64,000 nt of DNA from the NCBI RefSeq assembly GCF_006345805.1, contig NC_042999.1, positions 7,812,001-7,876,000 on the forward strand, in the 5' to 3' direction. Shown here in pieces: positions 26,781-40,684 of the stretch; position 1 is the first letter of the stretch, and every line of letters starts with the position of its first letter. Origin of the DNA: Octopus sinensis. Its lineage: Eukaryota. The position numbers were made by a program, and so were the translations under genes. The notes below the pieces were generated by a model. That model was not told where the DNA came from. It did no database searches and saw only the letters and a program-made list of their open reading frames with translations.

Positions 26781-27747
26781 TAACATGAAGTAGACATTCA
26801 CAAAACATCAGAAACATATAAAAGAAAAGTTTGAAAAACTGTTTGGAGAAACGGAATTTTAATTACTTCGGCTAAAATAAGAACCTTTTGATACAAATGC
26901 TAGGCAAAAGTATAAATGTACGTATCTCAAATGCCAGATATTGAACAGATTGTTTGCCAAAGCTTTCATAGGATCCTAATTAGTCTTTTGTAATTTTAAC
27001 ATCATTTAACGATCTCTGAATAAAAAAAGAAATTCATCCGATAAATAAGTTTGAAGTTACTGAAGTGTCTATGGAGAAGAAATGGTAAATTGAACAACGA
27101 AGCTATATGGATGGAAGAACTAGAAGATGGTTACTGCAATTATTTTGGGCAATAAATAGAAATTAATGGCACAATAGCGGAAAATATCCTAAAGAAAACA
27201 GACAGATAGTCTTTAGATCCAGAATTTATAGGAGGATATTTGTTAAAAATCACACGTTTTGAAAGGAAGAATTCATTCCTCAGTTGTCAACATGAGAAGT
27301 GCGTTAGATGTGTCCAAATGATCCATAATCTGATTGTTTCGAAATAGAGTCAAAGCAGCGAAGCGGAAATTTACATTCCAGTAAGAACATCATGAGTAAG
27401 ATATAAAGGAGATGTCTCGATCCGTATTTAGGATTTCCTCGTGCCACTAACACATGGACGAGGCAGGGAAGACGGGAATATGAAGCTGTAAAAGACAGCG
27501 AGCAATGAATAAAATGAGTGTGTAGGAAGAGACAGTAAAGAACTGCGGCAATTTGGCCGTTATTCGTGTATGTGTGCGAGTGTGAGTGCATGTGTGTTCG
27601 TGTGTGTGTCTGTGTGTGTGTGTTCGTGTAAGAGCGTATTCATGTGTGTGTATGTATGTCTCTGTGTGCGTGTCTGTGTGTAGATAGTCAGTAAATCATA
27701 AATCCAAAGGAGAAGCACAAACTAAGTTGAGTATTTAGAGAGTTTTA

Positions 27748-27950
27748 GTTACGCCGGACGAAATGCTTAGCAGTATTTCGTCTGTCGCGACGTTCTAAGT
27801 TCAAATTCCGCCGAGCTCAACTTTGCCTTTCATCCTTTCGGGGTCGATAAATTAAGTATCAGATGCGCACTGGGGTCAATCTGATCGACTGGCCCCCCCT
27901 CTCTTCAAAACTTTCGGGCGTTGTGCCTAGAGTAGAAATTAATATTATTC
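27748..27950 (+). mobile_element. SINE S2 variant lacking the Tx1-like tail
   Basis: Core followed by the alternative end ...gcgttgtgcctagagtagaaattaatattatt. Confidence 0.7.
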
Positions 27951-28744
27951 AACAAGGCAGTGAGCTGGCAGAAACACACACACACACACACACACACAAC
28001 ACACACACACACACACATACACACACACACACACACGCACGCACACACACGCACACACACACACGCACACACACATACACACACACACACACACACGCAC
28101 GCACACACACGCACACACACACACACACGCACACACACACACGCACACACACACACGCACACGCGCGCACACACACACGAACACACACACACACGCGCGA
28201 ACACACGCACACACATGAACTCGCTCACATACAATGGTCTTCTCGCTGCTTTTACCCACAAAATTTATTTCCAAAGCATTTGATCGATCCTTGGTTATAG
28301 TTTGCAGAAACCACTTACCCAAGGTGGCGTGCAATAGGATTGAACTAGGATCCAGCTGGTTGCGAAACGCACTCCTTAGCCAGACAGCTGCATCTCAGCC
28401 TAATATACCAAAGAAATTATTGTTTACTTCAAATGTTATAAGATAGGACCTTATGGCCGATTAAACTGACCCCTTAATTTTCACTGACAGCTATTTAATG
28501 AACTCATCCATACAAAGGGATCATCAAAGGTCATAAAACACAAATTGTCCTCCAGCTAGTTTTGAACTCGTAGACCTTAGATAACTGTCTTCAGGCGATC
28601 TGCTGTCTGCAGCAACCATCAGCAGCCACTGATATCCATCGATATTACTAACTGCTGCAGCTTCAATATTTACACGCTGCTACTGTTGGTGCTAATGTAT
28701 CTGTTTCTATGAGACGCGCACCTGTTAATACTAGCCACCACCAC

Positions 28745-30550
28745 CACAAGTGGCCTGCTAGAAATACCAGCCAAATCTGCTTCAATTCATACCCTACTCT
28801 CCTTTTTAAAAGGGTACGTTGAATAATAGGATCCTTGGCGCTTTGCACAAGTGACCTGCTAGAAATACCAGCCAAATCTGCTTCAATTCATACCCTACTC
28901 TCTGTTTTAAAAGGGTACGTTGGTTAATAGGATCCTTGGCGCTTTGCACAAGTGGCCTGCTAGAAATACCAGCCAAATCTGCTTCAATTCATACCCTACT
29001 CTCTTTTGTAAAAGGGTACGTTGGATAATAGGATCCTTGGCGCTTTGCACAAGTAACCTGCTAGAAATACCAGCCAAATCTGCTTCAATTCACACCCTTC
29101 TCTTTTTTAAAAGGGCACGTTGAATAATAGGATCCTTGGCGCTTTGCACAAGTGGCCTGCTAGAAATACCAGCCAAATCTGCTTCAATTCATACCCTACT
29201 CTCTTTTGTAAAAGGGTACGTTGGATAATAGGATCCTTGGCGCTTTGCACAAGTGACCTGCTAGAAATACCAGCCAAATCTGCTTCAATTCACACCCTTC
29301 TCTTTTTTAAAAGGGCACGTTGAATAATAGGATCCTTGGCGCTTTGCACAAGTGGCCTGCTAGAAATACCAGCCAAATCTGCTTCAATTCATACCCTATT
29401 CTCTTTTTTAAAAGGGCACGTTCGATAATAAGATCCTTGGCGCTTTGCACAAGTGACCTGCTAGAAATACCAGCCAAATCTGCTTCAATTCATACCCTAC
29501 TCTCCTTTTTAAAAGGGTACGTTGAATAATAGGATCCTTGGCGCTTTGCACAAGTGGCCTGCTAGAAATACCAGCCAGATCTGCTTCAATTCATACCCTA
29601 CTCTCTTTTTTAAAAGGGCACGTTGAATAATAGGATCCTTGGCGCTTTGCACAAGTGGCCTGCTAGAAATACCAGCCAAATCTGCTTCAGTTCATACCCT
29701 ATTCTCTTTTTTAAAAGGGCACGTTGAATAATAGGATCCTTGGCGCTTTGCACAAGTGGCCTGCTAGAAATACCAGCCAAATCTGCTTCAATTCATACCC
29801 TACTCTCTTTTGTAAAAGGGTACGTTGGATAATAGGATCCTTGGCGCTTTGCACAAGTGACCTGCTAGAAATACCAGCCAAATCTGCTTCAATTCACACC
29901 CTTCTCTTTTTTAAAAGGGCACGTTGAATAATAGGATCCTTGGCGCTTTGCACAAGTGGCCTGCTAGAAATACCAGCCAAATCTGCTTCAATTCATACCC
30001 TATTCTCTTTTTTAAAAGGGCACGTTCGATAATAAGATCCTTGGCGCTTTGCACAAGTGACCTGCTAGAAATACCAGCCAAATCTGCTTCAATTCATACC
30101 CTACTCTCTTTTGTAAAAGGGTACGTTGAATAATAGGATCCTTGGCGCTTTGCACAAGTGGCCTGCTAGAAATACCAGCCAGATCTGCTTCAATTCATAC
30201 CCTACTCTCTTTTTTAAAAGGGCACGTTGAATAATAGGATCCTTGGCGCTTTGCACAAGTGGCCTGCTAGAAATACCAGCCAAATCTGCTTCAGTTCATA
30301 CCCTATTCTCTTTTTTAAAAGGGCACGTTGAATAATAGGATCCTTGGCGCTTTGCACATGTGACCTGCTAGAAATACCAGTCAAATCTGCTTCAATTCAT
30401 ACCCTACTCTCTTTTTTAAAAGGGCACGTTCGATAATAAGATCCTTGGCGCTTTGCACAAGTGACCTGCTAGAAATACCAGCCAAATCTGCTTCAATTCA
30501 TACCCTACTCTCTTTTTTAAAAGGGCACGTTGAATAATAGGATCCTTGGC
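28745..30550. repeat. ~100-bp satellite, 18 copies, with higher-order structure
   Basis: Unit cacaagtggcctgctagaaataccagccaaatctgcttcaattcataccctactctc...aaaagggtacgttgaataataggatccttggcgctttg. Confidence 0.95.
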
Positions 30551-30714
30551 TATTTGTACATGAAATTAATACGGGATGGCCACGGCTTGAATATCTTCAA
30601 TTTATAGGGTCTAGTCGATTATAAGGTCTAGTCGACCAAGATTGACCTGGGGCTGAACAACAATAATGCCCCCCCCCCTTCAACTTAATTTTATTTTCAC
30701 TACAAACTTTCGTC

Positions 30715-31330
30715 GCTGCTACAACTACAACACCAACACCACAACCACAACCAGCACCGACGCCATCGCCACTGTTAATAACGTATGAACCACTACAAAT
30801 ACTACAACCTCACCATAAACACCCCTCTGCAACCCTACAACTACAGCAATAACAAGGAGTACAGCGCACCATCACCGTCAATAACAACAACAGCAACAAC
30901 TTCTACAACATTGTATCGCAACCACCACCGCCACCACCACCGCCACCACCACCACTACGACTACAACCGCTACCACCACCGCCACCACCACCACCACCAC
31001 CACTTCCACCACCACCACTTCCACCATCACCACCGGCACCACCACCACCACTACGACTACAACCGCTACCACCACCACCACCACCACCGCCTCCACCGGC
31101 ACCACCGCCACCGGCACCACCACTACCACCACCACCACGGCCACTACCACCATCACCACCGCAAGCAAGACCATACTGCACCATTAGCACTTTAGTATTC
31201 TCCTCACACCTCACCGTAACCACTACGATTACTACGACGACTACAAACAGTAGCACCACCACCACCACCACCACCACCACCACTGCTACTGCTGCTGCTA
31301 CTGCTGCTGCTGCTGCATTCACCATTGCCA
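30715..31330. repeat. Compound trinucleotide low-complexity tract (CAC/CTA/CAA/CTG)
   Basis: Direct reading. Confidence 0.85.
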
Positions 31331-31784
31331 CTGGGTGAATGGAGGAGTCAGTCGGCAAAGCGGTTCCACCAGCCTCCCTACTACGACTACTACCAACTTG
31401 TTTCTCCGTCTTCCGTCATTTTCTTGAATGAAACCAAACCAAGCAGACCTATCCAGCCAGATTACAGAAGGGACAGGCCATTCCCAAAACACTCCTCCTC
31501 CGCCTCATTCGTCTTCCCCATTCCATGCCAAACCTTCCTTTTCCCAAATTAATGGAATCAACCACCGGCAGCGAGTTTATCAAAACCTCTTTCTCTTCTT
31601 CTCTATTTCTCCACATTCACCTCTTCTCAATATATATATAAATATATATATGTTTGTATATATATATATATATATGTATGTATATGTGTATGTATATACA
31701 CACACACGCACGCAACGGTTTCATTTACTCATTGTTTCTATTGAACTTGCACGCTCTCATTCTCTCTGTTTGCCTATCTATCAG

Positions 31785-31833
<49 letters not shown>

Positions 31834-31922
31834 ACCTATCTACCTATCTATCTATCTATCTACCTATCTATCTATCTATCTATCGATCTATCTAATCTAT
31901 CTATCTATCTATCTATCTATCT

Positions 31923-32259
31923 AAAAAAGAAATATAACATGTGACTTCATTGACCGAGGTTACCGTGGTCTTTTCCGTAGGCTTTTCTTTCCACGGGTAA
32001 ACCTCACCTGTCCTCCCCTTTACACTTCATATTGACATTTCTGTGATAACGATCCCTATTGATCAATTTGTTTTCCTTTCCCTTTTTTTCCTCTCCCCCC
32101 CTTTTTTATTTTATTCCCTACCTTTTTTTGTCCTCTTTCTTTCCCTTTACGATCCCTTTTGATCGAAAACCAACCCCCCTTTTTTTACCCCCAAAAGAAA
32201 AGCTCTACCTTGTTATTTGTCCTGTCTGTGTGCAGCCCTGTGTGGCTAATAAAGAAACA
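31923..32259 (+). mobile_element. 3'UTR-only Tx1 copy E (subfamily 2), plus strand
   Basis: Reverse complement of the B/D 3'UTR, ending aataaagaaaca|tatctatc; (TATC)n on both sides (about 31820-31922 and 32260-32343). Confidence 0.9.
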
Positions 32260-32327
<68 letters not shown>

Positions 32328-32562
32328 GATCTATCTATCTATCTGTGTGTCTGTCTGTATATCTAAAAATTTGTTTTTCTCTCCTTTTTTACTTCTCTTG
32401 CTCAGATATCCCCCCCCCCCGGCGCTCTGCTGTATATCAAGTTGTCAATCTCTCCGTCACTGCCATTCTCTCTCTCTCTTTTCCGCTCTCTCCCATTCTC
32501 TCCCCTTCTCTCTCAGCCATTCTATCGCCCCCTCTCTCTCCCCTGTATATCTTTTATCTTTT

Positions 32563-32984
32563 ACTTGTTTCAGTCAATGGGAACGGCCACGCTGGAGCAC
32601 CGCCTTAAAAGGTCGTATTCGAACGAATTGACCCCTGTACTTAATTTTAAATCTAGTACTTATTTTTTCGGTATCTTTTGCCGAACCGCTAGTTTTGTCT
32701 AGTGATAGTGGTGATGGCGGTGGTGGTGGACAAACACAACCCCCTCACACACACACGCACACACACATATACATATACATGAGGGGCTTCTTTCCATTCA
32801 CAGGGTTTCGGTCGGCTCGGTCTTCAATAGAAGAAACTTGGCCAAGGTGCTATGCAGTGGGACTGAACCCAGACCTATGAGTCTGGGAAGTAAGCTTCTT
32901 ACCACACAACCACACATCTCCGCATATAAAGGGATGAAACGATAAAAGATTCATGTATATTTATGGATATGAAGATGCTCACAC

Positions 32985-33028
<44 letters not shown>

Positions 33029-33264
33029 ATATATAAATATATATATATATATACTTTTATTTTTTTCATTCATTTGACTCCGGCAATGCTGGAGCACTGC
33101 CCTTAGTCGAAAAGATCGATCCCAATACTTATGGTATCGCTCTCTTTTGCCGAACCGCTGGTTTACGGGGAGGTCAACACACGAACATCGGTTGTCGAGC
33201 TATGATGGTGGGGGGACAAACACAAACACGCAAACATATACTTATATATATTTGTGTCTGAGTG

Positions 33265-33296
<32 letters not shown>

Positions 33297-33530
33297 CGAC
33301 GGGCTTCTTTCAGTTTCCGTCTACAAAATACACTTACAAGGCTTTTTCAGTCAATGGGCGCGGCCACGCTGGAGCACTGCCTTAAAAGGTCGTATTCGAA
33401 CGAATTGACCCCTGTACTTAATTTTAAATCTTGACTGAAGACACTCGTCCAAGGTGCCACACAGTGGGACTGAACCCAGAACCATGTGGTTGGGAGGCAA
33501 GCTTCTTACGACAGAGTCACACCTGCGCCT
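32563..33530 (-). mobile_element. Two adjacent SINE S3 copies (degenerate)
   Basis: Heads (gcagtgggactgaaccc, ggttgggaggcaagcttcttac) and tails (ggccacgctggagcac...) separated by microsatellites. Confidence 0.65.
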
Positions 33531-36019
33531 ATCCACACAGCCACGCCTTTACACACATACGTATAGGTAAATTATATCGCTTACTTGTCATTATTGTTGT
33601 CGTCGTCGTAGTCGTTATTATTGTTGTTGTTCTTGTTGTTGTTCTTCTTCTCTCTTTCTCTCTCTCCCTCTTCTCTCTATCTACCTAGCTATCTATTTGT
33701 CTCTTTTTGTGTCTACGTCTATCTCATTATCTGTCTCTTTATTTAGGTTTTCCTACACTATTTCATAATGGCTTGCTGCTGCTGCTACTACTACTACTAC
33801 TACTACTAGCGGCAATTTTCTTTTTTTTTTTTCTTTTACATTGGCACAACGGAAAAGATTTTTCCCTCGTTTAGTTCAAGAAACTTGTTATTGCAGTTAA
33901 TCCTGGCCATCCTTGTAACTTGTAAATATTTTCTCGAACCCAGAGATGTATAAGTTAAAATCACCCCTAATGCTATTTGAACTCGGGTGTCCATGACTGA
34001 TGGCACTTCCGTACATGGTAAAGCATTTTCTGAGGCACTCAAATATTTCAGCCATTTTCTCTCTTTGTTATCTCATGTCGAACAGACGTGGTCAAAGATA
34101 TCCCACTTATGACCATCCCGTCGTATTCAGAACAATTTCATCCACGTGTCATTTATTCCTTAAGACGGATGAGTGAGATTTTCTGGACACTGTGCTAATA
34201 TTTTTAGCAATTTGAGTGACCACGGTAAGGCCTTGCGCGTAATGCCATTGTCTTTATTCTTATGAAGACCTTGAATTAGGATCATCGACAGAGAGGTCAA
34301 CAGATGTTCAATAACCGATCAGATTGATTTCTGACTTTCATGTTTCCTAGGTCGATATGAAATGAATACCAGTCTAGTATTCTAGTACGGGGACTCAACG
34401 ATTGCTCCCTTCCCCTAAAATTTGTGACCTTATATTTTTCTTTGAAATATTGATATATTTTGTTGTACCTTGGGTGGGTAATTATACCAATAATAAACAC
34501 ATGCACTGGTTCTGTTTCGCTTCTTTTAATATTAATTAAAATTTTACCAATTAGCTAATCTATTGTTTGATTAATTGTTATGGACACGCGTAAATATGAA
34601 TGGAATAGAAGAATATGAAGGCTAGCACCCCCATCGACAACATTTTGTCATATTCAAAGGATTTCCTTGGTAATGATTCGCTCTAGGAATGAAAGAAAAC
34701 ATTGAGAAGGTTTGTAGAGAAAACAGTACTTCTTTCCCCGAAAAATCAGAGCGAAGGGAAAAGGGGACAATTTCTTTCAGGATGTTTTTTTAGGAAAATT
34801 ATTTTCTAGTTCCTATTACCATTAAAAGGCTTCGAATATTTGAACATGGCATCAGTTTTGGGTTTTTTTTTTTCTGTTGCCGTGGAAGATCTTTGAAACG
34901 TTGTTATTGTGTGTTTAGTTTTCACGGTAGCTATTTGTATTATTGTTCCCTCTGTTCAAAATGGCCTCAGAAGCAGCAGCGAGAGGTATTCATCGCAGTA
35001 ATGATAGCTGTAGCTTTAATAACATAAACAAACACGTTTTCGTTCAATTATTTTCAAACACGGAAAAAGACTAAAAAAACAAAACAAGAGACGAAACAAA
35101 AAAAAACAAAAAAACAGTATTGTTATGAAAATTAAACGAACGCAGCTTCACGTATAAAAGCGTCGAGTTGTGCAATGAGAAAGCCAACGGATTCTGTTGG
35201 CACCATGAATATGAATGGAAGAGATCCAGAAAGAGTATTGACAATAGGGATACACCACTAACAACAACCACAAATCAGCTTTTGCTGAGGAACTTCTCGT
35301 TGGAATTCAACTCCAGGAAAGAAAGGAAGAATGGAGACGGCATGTCGAGAAAGACAGTAACTCTTTGAGCAGGAAGCGGGTGATTTGTGTAAGAAAGGGT
35401 GAGAAGGAAGTTATATAGACCTCTGTTAGGAAGAACATGGAAGTTTCTGTATGGCCTCAAGCATGGAGTTGGACAATAAATGGAAGGAGAGGTGCTCGAT
35501 TCACCCAGGAATGATGTATAATGTTATTAGTTTGGTTACTCAAATCGAACATGAGACGAAGCGAGAAGCAGAGATGTGCGCCGCAAGCATGTTTAGTTTG
35601 GAGCTGCGCTGTATGAAGAATAAAAAAAGGAACCAAAGTCAGAACGACCTGATGTTAATGCATAACTTGTTGCTTTGTCTGGTGGTGAAACGTGGAAGCA
35701 TTTCACAAAAGGATCGAATCTGTCTATAGACGCACAGAAATCCTGATGACTTCTGAAGACCTGTCGGAGGAGGGTAAGAAATGAAAGGAGCCGAAAGGAA
35801 AATAAAGAGTGGGTCCAGCTTAAATAAAAAGAAGCAAGTGACGAAAAAGACTTTCAGGAAAATATGTAAATTCTCAGTTGTCTGAAATGGCTCCAGGAAC
35901 GCGATGGAGCTGCTGACTGACCCGAAAGGGATGAAAAACAGGAGCATTGAAAAGATGGGGGACAAATGTTTTGATTTCAAATTTTCTTTGCAAAAAGCTA
36001 GCAATTTCGAGAGAAGCTA

Positions 36020-36780
36020 GCAAATTCGATTACATTCACCCCAGTGTTCAACAGGGACTTATTTTATCGATTCCGAAGGGGTGAAAGGCAAACTCGACCT
36101 CGAAATACCTATTTCTTTACTACTCACAAGGGGCTAAACACAGATGGGACAAACAAGGACGGACATAGGTATTAAGTCGATTACATCGACCCCAGTTCGT
36201 AACTGGTACTTAATTTATCGACCCCGAAAGGATGAAAGGCAAAGTCGACTTCGGCGGAATTTGAACTCAGAACTTAACGGCAGACGAAATACCACTAAGC
36301 ATTTCGCCCGGTGTGCTAATGTTTCTGCCCGCGCGCTGCCTTGGTGGGGAGACGAATATATTGAATAGAAAGGCGGCGAGCTGGCAGAAAGGTTAGCACG
36401 CCGGGCGAAATGCTTAGTGGTATTTCGCCTTCCTCTACGTTCTGAGTTCAAATTCCGCCGAGGTCGTCTTTGCCTTTCATCCTTTCGGGGTCGATTAAAT
36501 AAGTACCAGTTACGCACTGGGGTCGATATAATCGACTTAATTCGTTTGCCTGTCCTTGTTTGTCCTCTCTGTGTTTAGCCACTTGTGGGTAGTAAAGAAA
36601 TAGGTATTTCGTCTGCCGCTACGTTCTGAGTTCAAATTCCGCCGAGGTCGACTTTGCTTTTCACCCTTTCGGGGTCGATATATTAAGAACAAGGGAAACA
36701 CTGGGGTCGATGTTATCGACGAGTCCACCCCCACACCAAATTCCAGGCCTTGTGTGCCTTTAGTAGAAAGGATTATTATT
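36020..36780. mobile_element. Two divergently oriented SINE S2 copies (36020-36330 minus; 36372-36780 plus), each head-core-tail-core
   Basis: S2 motifs on both strands. Confidence 0.75.
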
Positions 36781-36887
36781 ATAAAAGACACCATTATTAT
36801 TACTGGTGTGCAAGATTAGCGCATGCTATCAAAGTGACTGTGGGGTAAAATTTACGAAGCCCAGTATACCCATCATAACTGTTATTA

Positions 36888-36954
<67 letters not shown>

Positions 36955-36961
36955 CATCATC

Positions 36962-37430
36962 ATTGCCATTGCACAGCTTCTAACGCTGGAGATGTTCTAA
37001 GGTGTCAGCTGTCCCCTACCAGTGAACTAAGGTAACACCCCTTATTTTTCGAGCACCTTCCGGAGTATTCGAGCGGTTCCAAGGAGTGCTGTTTTCTGCA
37101 AGTGTTCTACCCTTATTGTAGCCCCTATTTGTTCCACGTACATCTCGAGATTTTTGCTCACTGTTCCCAGTGCTCCGACAATTATTGGTACTACTACCAC
37201 CTTTTTCATCGACCACAACTGCTTAACTTCCCAAGCTAACCCGTCATATCTCTCGACTTTTCTTTCTTCCTTATTGCATACCTTGTTGTCAGCTGGACAT
37301 GCTATATCTATGATCCAGCATAGTTTGTTTTCTTTCTCAATTAACACTATGTCCGGCTTCCTATTCTCAATCTCATGGTCGCACTGAATCATAAAATCCC
37401 ATAGGATCTTTGCATTTCTATTTTCGACGA
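36962..37430 (-). mobile_element. 5'-truncated Dong/R4-clade retrotransposon (restriction-like endonuclease) in (TAA)n
   Basis: ENRNAKILWDFMIQCDHEIENRKPDIVLIEK...IIDIACP...K...GALG...HLQKTALLGTARILRKVLEK; ATT runs at about 36882-36960 and 37433-37508. Confidence 0.85.
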
Positions 37431-37808
37431 TGCATTATTATTATTATTATTATTATTATCATTACTATTATTATTATTACTATTATTACTTTTATGATTA
37501 TTATTATTCACTGCAAACGTTGTTTACAAGTCACTTTCCGAAACAAAGGATTTTACTCGATGCGATGGAGTTTTTGCCAAAAACTACTCACATACAGATA
37601 ACTTTTCTAACGTTTACACTCTTCCCCTACAGGAATTGGCATAAGAAAAAACAAAGATTTTTTTTCTTTTTCGAGGGATGGACTAGGTTTGTTTCTCTTC
37701 ACGATGCCAACTGACAAAAAGAAAATGGCTACGAATATTACACACCATTCCCAAAACAAGAAAATAGAAAATGAACAAAGTAACACATTTCACAAGTGGG
37801 AATGAATA

Positions 37809-37887
<79 letters not shown>

Positions 37888-38506
37888 TTTTAATTGCACC
37901 AGATATATTTATGGTGATCGTGAACGAAAGAACACGTTAATATTGTTTGACTATCTCAAGTGGAATCGTCGTCGTCAACAACAACAAGAAGAACAGAAAC
38001 CGCAGTGCATACGCACCTAGAATGTCTGACAGGACGAAGAACAACAAAAAGCTACCTTATGCAAACATTTTTTGGGGCAAAAATCCGCGCAAATATGGAG
38101 CACATTGCCGAAAGAACTAAAGCTTAAGAATATCCTGTCCCCCAAGACAGGAACCAACCTCTGAGAACCCATCATAGACGCGCACAAGGGAAGGTAACCG
38201 AACTGAGATTTGACAGGATCTGGAATGCATATTTTGGTCCATTCAAAGAAGAAATGGCGACAGTCTTGACAGAAGTTTTAGTAAAATCTCCTTCATCGCG
38301 AGGAGAGCGCATGTAGCCATCTTTAGACATGCCATGTCTAAAACAGAGGGTGATGCTAAATCGCAAACCTCAATTGTGACACACCTGCCTAGAAGCAGCT
38401 CCCATACACTATTTAGGAAGGAAAGGCACGAGACTCAGCACCACAAGCATTGACAACGATGGTGACCCTGGGTAGTCGCCACCTTCGTGGTACAATACGA
38501 ACAAAT

Positions 38507-38741
38507 GGCGGTGAGCCGGCAGAATCGTTAGCACAACGGGCGAAATGCTGAGCGGTATTTCGTCTGCCGTTACGTTCTGAGTTCAAATTCCGCCGAGGTC
38601 GACTTTGCCTTTCATCCTTTCGGGGTCGATAAATTAAGTACCAGTTGCGCACTGGGGTCTATGTAATCGACTTAATATCTTTGTCTGTTGTCCTTGCTTG
38701 TCCTCGTCTATGTTTAGCCCCTTGTGGGTAATAACGAAATA
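38507..38741 (+). mobile_element. SINE S2 ending in Tx1-like tail, with 15-bp TSD
   Basis: TSD ggtacaatacgaaca at 38489-38503 and 38742-38756. Confidence 0.85.
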
Positions 38742-39297
38742 GGTACAATACGAACAGATGGTCAATGCACACGTAACTTTCGACGATGTTGTCGGGTGGG
38801 GACCCGATAATCGTACAAAACCCCGCAAGAGCACAAGTCACTACCAAGAGTGTGTCTTGTAAAGTATTCCTAGAGGAAGACCTTAAAATTCGTTATTGCA
38901 TGCTCAAAAATATACAATACAATTCTATATTCTGAAATTGAAGCCAAAAAAAAAAATGCTGACTCACCAGATCACTTGAACAACATGATTACATCAACAG
39001 TTCAACTCTAAATATTCACACGAAATTCACCCTTTATATGTACAGCGTGTGGAAGGCCAGAATCAGATCCCGGCGATCTTATAAGTCAGATTTCTTCACT
39101 TGCATCATTTCGTCAATATACAATTGTATTGCGTGATGCTGAGCAAACATATTCATGTAAACATATACGTACAAGTTTGCCTACTCACATTCATAGTTCT
39201 ACATTATATAAAAATACTCACAGCTTATTTTGCTGGGTATGATGGAAAGTGTCCAGTTGTCCACAGCCAGCAGACTAAGGTGACACTTGTTTAGTGG

Positions 39298-39425
39298 TCA
39301 TGCTTCAAGAACCCTGCGAAGAATTCTGGCAGTTCCATGCAATGATATTTTTTGTAGGTGTTCTATCTTTACAATTGTATCAATCTTTTCGACCTGTGTT
39401 GGTAGTTGAGTGCTGATACTTCCAA
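39298..39425 (-). mobile_element. Second Dong/R4-type 3' fragment (different subfamily)
   Basis: ALGSIS...IEHLQKISLHGTARILRRVLEA*. Confidence 0.65.
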
Positions 39426-39532
39426 GTGCACTGGCAGAAACTTTAGCACGCCGGGCGAAATGCGTAGCCGTATTTCGTCTGCCGTAACGTTCTGAGTTCA
39501 AATTCCGCTGAGGTCGACTTTGCCTTTCATCC

Positions 39533-39885
39533 GGTTGCGACGACGAGGGTTCCAGTTGATCCGATCAACGGAACAGTCTGTGAAATTAACGTGCAAGTGG
39601 CTGAGCACTCCACAGACACGTGTACCCTTAACGTAGTTTTCGGGGGAGATTCAGCGTGACACAGAGTGTGACAAGGCTGGCCCTTTGAAATACAAGCACA
39701 ATAGAAACAGGAAGAAAGAGTGAGAGAAAGTTGTGGTGAAAGAGTGCAGCAGGGTTCGCCACCACCACCTGCCAGAGCCTCGTGGAGCTTTAAGCGTTTT
39801 CGCTCAATAAACACTCTGGGGATCGAAACCGCGATCCTACGGCCGCGAGTCCGCTGCCCTAACTACTGGACCATCGCGCGTCCAC
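39533..39885 (-). mobile_element. SINE S1 inserted into a partial S2 (39428-39532)
   Basis: S1 sequence begins immediately after the S2 core cctttcatcc. Confidence 0.8.
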
Positions 39886-40149
39886 TATTAAACATTAATC
39901 ATAAAACTAAAGCATGGTATAAAGACACAATTAAGAAAGAAAATGATAAATTTCTCGGAAAGAATAACTTGCAAGGGAAATTAGGGGACCCCAAATTAAG
40001 GTACCCTGAAAAATAATAAAACTTTCCTAATAAAAAAAATTTCCTTCTTTTCGATTAACGTATCAAGTGATACGATGATGACTGAGATCAAACGAGCTTC
40101 TCTCTCTCTCTCTCCGACCTTCCGTAATAAACAAACAAAGAAATGAATA

Positions 40150-40425
<276 letters not shown>

Positions 40426-40549
40426 TGCTAAAAGTAAAGCAAACATCATTACAACGGAGCTGCACTTTCTTTCTACTCGCTTCTCTCTCGGCAAAATTCA
40501 TTTTACTATTATAACGATTGTCTCTCATTTCTCACTTTATATCTCATAC

Positions 40550-40684
<135 letters not shown>

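Noticed and set aside
28745-30550. CRISPR-like array or repeated small ORFs (MNNRILGALHKW...)
   Set aside because: Units are contiguous with no unique spacers and no cas genes; the ORFs are by-products of the 200-bp dimer period.
30785-31358. His-rich, Val-rich and Gly-rich ORFs
   Set aside because: All are translations of a compound trinucleotide tract, with no complex domain.
33836-34042. 68-aa complex ORF as a host exon
   Set aside because: No recognisable domain and no convincing splice acceptor; cannot be supported without a search.
35150-35900. Possible decayed LINE ORF (also 38050-38420 and 46790-47180)
   Set aside because: Only vague motif resemblance with many stops; clade cannot be assigned by eye.
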